Shown here one piece after another: positions 1-11,554 of a stretch of DNA of 64,000 bases. Numbering within the stretch: position 1 is the stretch's first letter; every line of letters begins with the position of its first letter. The position numbers were made by a program, and so were the translations under genes. Origin of the DNA: Geosiphon pyriformis uo1 (Eukaryota; Fungi; Glomeromycota); the NCBI GenBank assembly GCA_016748015.1, contig JAAOMT010000201.1, positions 504,224 through 568,223 of the forward strand, read 5' to 3'. The notes below the pieces were generated by a model that worked only from the letters and a program-made list of their open reading frames with translations, was not told the origin of the DNA and did not search any database.

Positions 1-1559
1 CTGATTAAGTCCCTTTTAATTAATTGGGTATATCATTTATTTCATTGATAAACTCTTATTATTAAAATAAAAAAGGTATGTTTGTTTGCAGAGCAATTTT
101 TTTTATGGATTTGTTTTCTATTACCCAAAATCTCAATCTTTTACTAATAGACACTTGAAAATTCGAATAAATCTATTATAGATGTTATGAAAAAGACACG
201 ATGGAAAGATCGCTATAACGTCTAATTACCTTTGATATTTCCTTTTGAAGCTAAGGAAACTAGCCTATTTAAATCCTCATTAATTTGAAAAAGATTAATA
301 AGAAAGTGACATACTCTGCGAATAATTTCCCATGCTCAATTCTTTTGCCGAATTTCTATTTTTATTCTGTATTTACCGCTGAAACTAAATTGAAAATGTA
401 ATATTCAACAGAATTATTTTTTATGCTATTTCTCTAACTAGAAAACTAATATAATTAAATTTTATTCCTATTTGATTAATGGAGGATATAATCATTGGAA
501 ATCATCGATCATTGTCTTACTCTTGCTCAGAATAAATTTGCTTTCACATCATTTCTTATATTATTAACAATTTAGTAAGAAATTTATACTCCTAAATACA
601 AACCCAACTTGAAAAAGCAGTTTCAATGGAAATAATAAAGAATTTCATTTGCGATTAGCCTCGAAAAATTATGCTTTAAATATATCATTAGTACCTATAA
701 TTTTACATTTTTATTCTCTAATTACATGCCACAAATTTTAACTACCAATAGTCTTCCATCACCCAATTGATTATTCAAAGGGTGTTGGATAAATTAATGA
801 ATAGCGGCGTTCAAGCCCACTACACAGATCGGTCATTCTTATGTTGATAAAATTCGGCAAAACAACCACTTTCAGATGTTACAACAGATGGGTTATTTTA
901 TGGGTTTATGTATTTGCATCTGAAGTTTATAACAGTGATGAATAGTGCTTTTAGGTTGGGGAATATATTTTAGATGTCGAATATAGGATTCATCACTTTT
1001 TTGAAGATAGGTTTGGCTATCAGTCAAATTTACCATTTTTTGCAGAATTTATAATTTTTCCCGGTTTAAACGAATTTGTTTGATAAAAAATTGAAAGCTT
1101 TTAGTCTAATCCATATTTGTAGGAAATGAGTTTTCGTCCATCAATGAAATATTATTTCAACTTATGTTACATTTTATCTTTGTGACCTATAATACATAAC
1201 CCCAGGAAACAAAACATTAAGCTACAAAAGATAGCCTGAAAATTAGAAAAAACTATACAATTGATATCGAATAAGTTGGAATTTTAGCCGAAAACATATT
1301 CATTTGAAATCAGGCCAGAATTCTGATTTTTGTAAATATGAGCCTAGGCATCGTTAATAAACGGTTAAAAGTAACCATTTTTATTATTTATATCGGAGCT
1401 TGAATTTATTATTTGCTAACTTAACCAAAAACCAAATCTAAATCTGAAAAAAAGGCTTTTATTTTAAAAAAAACTCATAAAGATTAAATAATAATAAATG
1501 AAAAGCTTACAATTTGTAGAAAATGTAGTTTCGGGAATTATTTGACTTTTTATACCTTT

Positions 1560-1930
1560 TCGTGTCATGGATAGTTTCTTGTATCAATTTTTCTTGTCCT
1601 AAAATGAAAATTTTTCACTATCCCAGTTAACTTTTTTAACACTACCAAATCCTCCTTCTCTAACTTTATCGTAAAATTCAATTTCGCCGAGAGAATTTCA
1701 TTCCAAGCAGCCACAAAAATTGACTAGGTATGGTTTATGTAATAATTTAAATAAATAAATATTTAGAAACTGCTTAATAAACTTAGTCAATAAATTATTA
1801 CAAAAATGCTAAACCTCAATATTACCTTGATATTCAGACCAAAATCGTTAAACCTTTAAATTTTCAACTTTTTTAGTTGTTTTAGGCGTCCTTCACTTTG
1901 CAAATATTTTGTGCATCGTTGCCTTGAGAT
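1560..1930 (-). pseudogene. TKL-type protein kinase N-terminal relic
   Basis: Minus strand translates (with stops/frameshifts) to LE*...EFYDKVREGGFGSVKKVNW, matching the EW...GxGGFGxVyKaxW N-lobe of Glomeromycotina kinases; preceded by a Cys-containing segment (QRCTKYL). Confidence 0.6.
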
Positions 1931-2844
1931 TGAGTAAATAATCAATTTTAAAACAGATTATAAAATTTAATCTATTAAGCATAGGATAAAAAATATTTTG
2001 GGTCTAATGAAATAATCAGTAGAATAATTCCAAAGAGATAAAAGGGGCTTAAGATAGTGCTACAAGATATAAAAGTCAATTAATCTCAAACTCTACATTT
2101 CAATAAATATAAAACTTTTATTAATAATATTTAATGGTCAAGAATTTTTTTAATTTAAATGCCTTTTTCCAGTGATATTTACAACAGTTATTCAGTAAAA
2201 ACAGACTTGACAAAATTATTAAACACTTTTATTGATATTTAGCTATAAAATATGAAACAGGTGAATAAATTGACCTGAAAAATGTTTGTTTATAATAATG
2301 TTTAAGTTATATAACATATTTTTATTCCTGGTTTTATATTATTTTTATAGTAAGTTAACATGAATCTATAATTCTAAATGGGATAGGGACCACCATTATT
2401 TTATCCAAAAAGCTCCCTTTTTAAGCTCTATAGATTTAACAACTCTCTGAATTAAAACATCATTAAGGAATAAAATTGATCAAAGCAATGTTAAATCAAA
2501 TAAATATTTTTTGATATGACTATTTATTAATATAAACTCACCATAATTTCTACTAAATAGATTTTCGAAGGGAGCTTTGTGAAGATGATTTAATTTCCTG
2601 AAAAGATAAATGTTGTAAAATAAATTATAAGTTCACACAACATTTAAATCAAAAAAATCTAGAGATAACTATAATAACACAAGTCGTAAATCCACCAAGG
2701 AATCTTGTGTTGTAGTCAATCTGTGAGATCTAGCTTATCAGATAAAATCAAATTTCTATAACAGTGAAACCTTTTTTGATTTTATTTAGGAATTTTTAAA
2801 AACCCCAGATATTTTTTCGAAATTTTTAGATGTAAAATACTGTA

Positions 2845-5800
2845 ATTTATTTGTCGATAGTTAGATTTAACTATATTCTTATTTTATTCTTTTCCATTTA
2901 AATGAAATTATGATTGATACCATTTACGATTCTTAAAGAAAATATGAAAAGCTTATAAACTAATTTCAATCTTTAATTACTCAGCCAAGCTAAAATCTGT
3001 TACCAAAATTGTCTGAGATTTTAGAAAATAGAATTTTTTTTCTATTAAGAGTAAATAGAAATTTTTTATATTTTCTCTAATTTAATATAGAATATAATCA
3101 TGTTCTTTAAATTGTTGTTTTCGACCTAAAAAGTCAATAAAGAAAAAATTGAAGCTTGCTAAAAAATGGGGTAATAAAAATTATTTTAAATTAAACGTTG
3201 AACCTTAAAATTTTTTATTTTGCAATATTTATTGTTATCGAAAGATAAAACATTAAATTAAAGAAAAATAAAACTTTTATTTTATTTTAAAAAAATAACT
3301 TTCAAATATTTTTTCAATCAATGAAAGTATAAGAATGAAAGTTTAATATTTGATTTTAAAACAAAAGAGATATTATAATATTGCTATATATATATATTTT
3401 TCTATATTCAACTAATTGGAATCAGTATATATAAAAAAATTCAGAATTAAATTTTAAAATATTGTGACATTATTGAAAACTTGAAACAATCTGTTGATAG
3501 GCAAATTTTTGTTAAAATCATCAATGGAAATATCGTTTCAAGTTTTCTTTGAAATGCCATTTGAGCTTACAAAGTAATTGAAGATTTTGGTTTCAAAGTA
3601 CCATACAAAAATTGTCATATCAGCAACAGTATAAAATGGCCGTTTTCTTTTTAAAAAAATTTATGACTAAAATTGATACTGAAAATAACCTTTTCGGATC
3701 ACGGATAATTCTAAATATTATTATTAGCAATTTTTAAAGGGCATTTTATCAATAAATAGAAGAAAAGTTTAACGTTTTCCAGAAATTGTAGTAATCTCTA
3801 AAATCACGACCATCATAAGCTAATGAAAGTACCAATAATATTTATATTATATAAAAATTTTCGTACAAACAAATAGTTAGAAAATTAAAGGCTTGATTAA
3901 ATACATGAATAAGATGTAAAGCAAGAATTTCAATTTTTTTATCATTTAAATAATTTCTTTTAGATCATATTTTATTTGAAAGTGTATCAATGTTGCCTCA
4001 TGAAAAAAATTTTTCTTGTCATTTGGTTTATTATCCTCAGATTTCTAGTATGATAGAAAGTTTCTAATTTTTGTTGATTCGACAAAATATATTATTTATA
4101 ATCAAAAAATTGTGGATCAAGCTTTTAAAAGTTTTCTTTCGAATAAAACTGAATTTTTTATTATTGACCAGGTTCAGAACATAACGAATTTTTGTTTATT
4201 TGGAAAAATGACATTTTGTTTTAAGGGAGGCTCCACAATTTTAATAAACTATTATTCAAATTTTGAATAACAAGATGAATATTCATTTAGAAAATTGTTT
4301 GTGCGAACCTTTAAATTTAATTAAGCATTTTCAAAAAAATTTGAAATTTCATTATACTACGTATAATACTATTTTGAATATCATAATAAAGTGAAAGAAA
4401 TTGTGCCAGTGACAATTAAATTCCAATTGATTCTGCAAGACATATAAAAATTTGATTTTTTCACACACATTGGCTATGAAATCAAATATTTTCCTAAAGA
4501 AACAACAAAAATCCGAATAAATATTTGGTAAATCAAAGGCACACGAGAATACTACAATATTGCTCCTATCCCCTCCTATCAATTAGAACAAATATTATTT
4601 TGAAAGTCAAAATAAATGGCAGATACTTTAAGAACGATATCAATGAAGTTTTTATAACGTTTAAATTTGTTATTTTATTGAAAACTAATCTTCAAAAAGG
4701 CATGAAATTGAAACCACAATATTCCCTGCTTAATAGCCCTTGTTTTTATTGAAGTTGTTGAATTTTAATTAAATATAAAATTCTTTCTCACTTTCATCAT
4801 GATCAAAATGAAACCCAATTTTTTCAAATATTTTTTTTTCATTTTTGTTATTTCCGGTTCAAGAACTTTGCATGTTCAAACAAAGCCTATTTATGAAAAT
4901 TCGGCTAATAACCTTGAACAGAATACCATTCCAGTTAATTATTCTCTTGAGCCAGATACTGAATTTCCAAAAGAATTGGACACTAATAACGGTTGGATCC
5001 TAAACGAATGAACTAACTCGTTCATATTTCATTAATTTGACCATTTTCATATGAAGATTAAAAATTTTGTACACTTTTAGAACCATTAAATTCTTACGAC
5101 AATCAACTTGGGTTCAATGCTGGAATTCCTGATGATGTTGCATTCACACCATCACTATCACTTTTCAACCAACTCGATCAAGAATTCAGTAACACTTTGC
5201 AACCGCAGACTGTATCCGACAATTTGTTAATGCCTTCTATCATGGCTTCCCTCGTTGATGAAGGAAGGGAAAGTCAAGTTTCAAAACAGCCTAAAGATAG
5301 CTCTACATTTACCGTGGAAAATGGAAGCAATGAATTGAACCAAGTCTCTTTTTCGCAAGATAGTTTACCAAATATAGCAGGTAAGGCTCTAAGTTATCTG
5401 ATGAATTTAATTAGAGAATGCAATTTTTAAATACAGTTATCAATTTTGCCGCAACTTTGAAATTTCCTCGATTCAGAAAGCTCTTTTACAGAAAATGAAA
5501 CGGGACCTGTGGCATTGAATTTCGGGGAACTCAAGAAGAATTTGGGTGAATTGTACCACAATTTTAGAAAAGATCGAGATCTATTGAAAAATGATTCAAA
5601 GGAAGTTCGAGATTTAGGAAATTATGCACTCATGGCGAATGCTGCATACTGCAATTCTGGACGTATTCCAATAGAATATCGTAGTAAGATTTTATCAAAA
5701 TCTCATTTGTTTTATTTAAAGGTATTAATCAGATATTTTAAGCTAATTTAATTGATCCATTTCTCAAACCAGTCAATCAAAACTTCAATTATGTAGAGAT

Positions 5801-7215
5801 CGCAGTTATATTTGCTAGCTACCAAAGTTCATACGATAGTTTAATGAAGAACTATGACGAATTCTATGTGCCGTACCCAAAACATCTAGATGAGATAAAA
5901 TTTTTACAATCATTTGGAAAGGATAAAAATATATTGGTCAATTCAGAATTTTATCAGGATTGGTTAACGGTGCAAGAAGGCTTTCTTAAGAAGATTAGCG
6001 AAATGACAGTTGGGAATCCGCTTGCTGTTATTCGATTTATCGGGCATGGTGTCGGTGGAGGTTTGTTCTCAACTTTAAAGTCAGTTAGAAATTTAAACTT
6101 TTATCATTAAAAATGAAATTATTATCCTCTAGTCTACGCAATGTTTGCGTCTTTATCATATCTTGCAAGATATGCTGAAAAGGACATTGCGGTATATACT
6201 TACGGCCAACCACGAATGGGAAACGGTAATTTTCGTACTATAATCGATAAAATCATATACCATAAAAAAGGGAAATATCAAATATTTCGTGGTACTCGAT
6301 CTGATGATCCTGTTGTTCATTGGCCGACTAATTACGAGTCCGATCCCGGTGCGCCAAAATCAAGTAAAGTGAAACCTTATACGTTTCTTCATCATCAAAC
6401 CGAATATTTTTTCGAAGAGGAAACTGCCCGTGTGTATAGGTGTAAAATACCATGGTTCAAAAATGAAAATGAAGTATGTATATTTATCACTTTTGCGTCC
6501 GGGTTTAGATGATTTTATAAAGATAAATATAAATTTCTTGAAATGGTTTTTTTTCTTTCACTTTTAGTCTTGTGCCAACGGGAAAAAACTGGACCCTAAA
6601 GTTGACAAACATAATGGGCCTTATTTTAATGTTACAATGGGCCAATGTGTACCCTATGAAAGTCCTTACGGCATGAAGTCAACTAAATATTTTGCATGAA
6701 TTTATTTATTACTAATTTTATCAGGTTGAGATTTTTTTCAAGACAATAAATTTTATGAAACAAATATTTTAATATTAGCACTAATGAAAATTTTCTCAAT
6801 CCTTTCAGCTTACAAATCACCATCAATTTCTATTGAGAGAAATCATGTTTAACCAAATTAATATTTAAATATTGCGCTAACAAATTCTTCTTCTAAATTT
6901 ACTCTAGTTTTTAGCAATTAAATTTTTTACGAAAAAGTTTATTTGTCATAAAAGAGGTTATAATAATGTCAATTTTACCTTAAACAAATTCTATTTTATT
7001 TTATAGATATATTTCTTTTATCAAATGAAATATTTGGCCATATGTTTATAAAGATTTTAAAAACTTGAAATATTAAATTGTAGGATAATAAATTTAATCT
7101 AAAGTATATATTTATTCTTTCTTCGATCTAGAATCAGTTTAAGGTCACAAATACATTTATTTGCCTATACAATATAAAAATATATAAAAGTTCGGTGTAT
7201 TTGATCAGAATTCAA
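2845..7215 (+). repeat. Segmental duplication unit 1 (lipase-like gene A with flanks)
   Basis: Flanks align with 11555-16100 (direct) and ~25300-29113 (inverted), e.g. ttactcagccaagc...gtctgagattttagaaaatagaa near 2977 and 11561; aaggtcacaaatacattt near 7141 and 16014. Confidence 0.85.
4799..6699 (+). CDS. Secreted class-3 lipase-like protein, copy A (~486 aa), predicted catalytically inactive (GHGVGG)
   Basis: Exons 4799-4991, 5081-5380, 5477-5683, 5773-6060, 6133-6473, 6568-6699; all introns GT-AG and frame-preserving. N-terminal hydrophobic signal, long acidic linker, then Lipase_3 motifs: ANAAYC, FIGHGVGG|VYA, YTYGQPRMGN, DDPVVHWP, LHHQTEY, CANG...DKHNGPYF...GQC. Confidence 0.9.
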
Positions 7216-8789
7216 AAATAAGAAAACACCGACAATCACAATCAAAAAATGATTAATAAATTTTATCATAAAAATCAAAACTCGTAATATAAGAAAAGGT
7301 TTTTAAATATCATCATATTATTAAAAATAATTTATTTGAAACTGATTTTATAATGTAGTTACCAAAGTTAGACACAATATTAATTAATATTTTCTTTTTT
7401 TTTTAATATAAATGTTGTTATATTACTAAAATTTTTATAATGACTTTTTACTCAATTACATAATTTGAACGAAAATTAAAGTTTTCACCAGCTAATAATT
7501 GTTCATAAGATATTTAAATAAATTAATTATTTTTAACTCAAGTCAAAGACTTTTTTTTATTTTTCTGAAACAGGAAATGTATATAAGAAGATACTCATTT
7601 TCTATTTTCATCTTTAAAGTAATATTATATGATCTGAATCAAATTTTCCTTTCATTATGAATATTATATGACTTTATTTACTGTTTAATAATAATTGTAA
7701 TTGTAATTTATTAAATATTTGCAATTAAATTCTTAATTTGCTAGAATATATTAATTGCAAGCAAAAAAAATTATTTTGATAATTTTCAAAATTTTATTGT
7801 TTAATGAATTGGAAAAATTTTTTTATATCTAATCCAAAATAATAAATAGTCTTATTTTCAAAAATAAATTTCAAACAATTGTAGCAAAAGACTTTTCCCT
7901 AAATTAACAATTATTCTTTGTTAATAGTTTTTAATTCTTTTAAAATTTATAAAAGGTTATATTATTACAATAAAAACATTTACTTAAAAAATTAGATATT
8001 ATTGTCTTTCAAATATTTATTTATAATTTGAAAAACTATTTCGAAATATGTTGTCTATTAATCATTTCTATTTAATTGAAATTAAGAAAGTTCATTAAAA
8101 AGACAAGCATATGCTGTAAGATTTGAAGCTTTCGCTCTTCTTTTATCAATTAAATTTTAGAAGTACTTTTAAAAAAATGCATATATGATTAAAAATAAAT
8201 CACATATTAAAATTATAACTTAATATGAATATTATAAATTTGCAAAAAAGAATGATTGACTTTTAGCAAAAGCTTTAAATAATAAATATATTATTTCAAT
8301 TTTTGAATTTTTACAAAATAATTGATTGGATATTTTCTTTCAAGTTTTTGCAATAGTCTTACAAATTAAATTGAATCAAATATTGAATAGTTGTAAGCTT
8401 TGGTTTTATTTCCATAAATTTTTTTACTTAAAAAGCTAACTTTGGTTAAATCAAATGATCGAGTCATCAAATGGTTGCTAGTAATTAAATATATTTCTCA
8501 TTAAAATCAAAAGAATACTTTTTCAAAATAATTTCGAAGTTCCACAGAAAAATTTCACTTGGATTGAATAGTTAAAAATTAGCATAAATCACAACAAACC
8601 CAGATATGTTTTTAAAAATTAGCGATTGATTGGAAAAATTTTGTAGAAACAAATTTAAAGCCCAAAAACAAAAAATAAATGCTATTATTCATTTTTTTTT
8701 AAAGCGATTAAAATTTTTATATCAAGTATTTTGTGTGTTTCAGTTTTATGTTGGATAAATATCTTTTCAATACAAAAATTGTTTTAAAT

Positions 8790-9260
8790 AAGCATTCCAA
8801 AGGCTCAAAACTTGGACTTGCAGCCACTTTATTCGGTTAGAGATAAAGAACGGTGAAAGAGTGTTTAAAGAGGTAAAGAAAATATTATTATTTATATTTA
8901 TATTTATATTTAATTCATATTTAACTATAATCTATTTACTTAATTTATCATTTTTACACTGTTGATAGTTAAATATTCAAAGAACTATGTTTATTAATAA
9001 CTGTGAGCGACTATTTAATGTCTCTTAAATGTATGGGATTACCCAAAATGCTGAAACACCCGAGTATGAAATTGTGATGGATTTTGCCAAAACATGAAGA
9101 TAGCAACAATCTTTAATTCTAATGTTAAATTATCGATCACGGATTATATAGCTATTGGACTTGATAACATTCTGCTGGTATGGTTCATCTCGGCAACATC
9201 CTGTAATATTATGAACAGTGAGTAGATATTGAAGACCTTGGAATATGTCAAGTTAATAAT
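8790..9260 (+). pseudogene. TKL-type protein kinase core relic
   Basis: From 9029 reads MYGITQNAETPEYEIVMDFA, then AIGLDNI..AGMVH..GNIL and DLGICQ (subdomains IV-VII) with deletions and stops. Confidence 0.75.
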
Positions 9261-9959
9261 TACATATTTAAAAACTAACATTTGATTGTATTAAAAACAT
9301 TTCACTTCAATTAATTTATTATTTTATTTTCCATTTTTCAAAAAAAATATTGTTATTAGATGTGAAGAATATTTTTTACAATAAATTAAAAAAGTATATA
9401 TGGTGCAGGCATTCTAAAGACATCTAGTACTTTAAAATATAAAAGCTCTATAAATAAAAACATAATAATAATAAAAAATGTATTATTAAATAGTCTTTAA
9501 TAAGATCTATAAACTAATGGATTTTCTATAAAAAATGTTTTAGAAATTTATTATGTAATTAGATTTTTCTGTAGACACTTTAAATAAAAGCTAATAGAAA
9601 ATAAAGTGAATTTTTGACATTTAAAAAGACATTTCTAATTGGCTAAATTTCACATATAGTCATATGTATTTAATAAAAAATAATAATTGACTTATAATTA
9701 AATTGAACAAAACCTCAAAGAAACCCATACTAATAATTTTATTATTTTATTATTTTATTATTTTATTATTTTTATGCATTATTTAATGCATTATAAGGGT
9801 TACAGTCAAAAATAATAACTGTTATTTTTATATAAAAAGAGAAAAAAAGGAAGAAAAAATATTACTACTAAATACAAACTCTATTTTTTGCTAAAATTAC
9901 ATCCTAAAATATTCTCAAATTAATCAAACCTTAATACTAATTTATATGACCAAACTCTT

Positions 9960-11550
9960 GCAAAACATTGTCTAGAACTCGACAATATAATGTATATTTT
10001 TTGACAGCAAAAACAGCAGCTTTGTCCAAGAAATTTTGTATATAAGTACTCATATATCAAGCAAATCAACGTGTATAATAATAAATATTAACAAGACCAG
10101 AATATAATGTCAGCAGAACAATTGTTTTGAGACTTTTACATGAATAATTACAATAAAAACATGCGTATTACCTTGCTTTACCCCAAAAATAACTCAATAA
10201 ATTTGAGACTTTAAATTGAAAATACACATATATTTAGCTGTTTCAATAATCTCTTATAAGTGGTTTTTTTGAGAAGTAAAATCAGATTAATGAGCAAAAA
10301 TTATACTTGTATAACATTAAAAATTCATTGGATTGAAAGCATGTAATTTGCAAGTGTTATATTGCTTTGTCAAATGGTTTAATCATAAGCCATATTCTTC
10401 TAGAATTTATTTATTACTCTTTTATTTTATTATGTCATTAATACCAATAAATATCAGATTGTGTAAAGATTTATTAGGCATTTTGCCATTGCAAAGAAAT
10501 AATTGCTTACTACCATCTTTTAAATTTATTTGTGAAACTATGAGAGCATTTTTAACATAAGCCTTATGGTTTCAAGTGTTATTAAACATGAAAAGTGCAA
10601 TTTTTTTAAGTGTATTCATTTAAAAATTAGAATAGTTTTATTAATTACTTGGCTTATAAGATCTTGGTTTGTCTACTAGCCATTTTGATTGAAGCCTGAA
10701 TGCATATTAGCACAAGATTCAATATTAAAAAGTCAATTATCCTTAGAAAGCAAATTATAGCTAATTTTTTTCTTTTTAAAAAGATGAAAACGCCTAATTA
10801 ATTTACAGATAAACTCATTTACATAAATATTGAGCCCTTGTGACTTGTGATGAAGCTAGTTTTTTTCTACTGAACCTCAGATCTTATTAATTTCATCGTT
10901 GACATAAAAAATAATTCATCATAAATAATTGAAACAAGTTAAAAACATTTGGTAAGAATATTGGCAAAATGTTTTTGTTACATATTCTGTACTTTATATA
11001 CTGCAATCTGAGACTATAGATTGGTTATTTGTTGTAAGAATAAGCCACTATATCTTCACATTTACAACCATTAAAATAAATGTCTTTTAAATAATTCTTA
11101 TAATTCCAACCAAGGTAATGTAGCTATTTTCAAGCCATTTTTTTAGTAATTGTTTCTCGTGTTTCAATTCCAAAAGAAGAAATGGCTTTATTCTCAATAA
11201 ACTTAATAAATTGTTGAACAGTTATGATGAATTTGTTTGTCTGCAAATATTGAGTAACACACAGTTTGAAACCTTCATCGAATAGAAGTGACTTAATTTT
11301 AGAATGTTATTCTCGACATAATGTAATTACCTCACCTTTTTTTGACCATTGTTTGGCCCATGAACAAATAATCTGTGCATGCCATAGACCCTGATGGACA
11401 AGTATGTTACTAACAGAAAGCTTAAAAAACCCTTGATCTTGAATGAAGTGAAGAAATTGAATCATTATTCAAAGCTGCACATTGGAGTTTTTCTTAGTAA
11501 GATATTGAGAGATGCTAAAGTAAACAAATTATCTTTTTCATCGCTTGATT
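9960..11550 (-). mobile_element. Decayed Tc1/IS630-like DDE transposase of the fungal family with WLxxLG / DGHERxDV / HDE / FDN motifs
   Basis: Minus strand: HSKIKSLLFDE...LHYLGWNYKNYLKDIYFNGCKCEDIVAY...IYDELFFYVNDE...KSQGLNIYVNEF...ALFMFNNT*NHKAY.KNAL...DF.SQK..L.EII; many stops, mostly from G>A/C>T changes. Confidence 0.8.
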
Positions 11551-11554
11551 CAAT

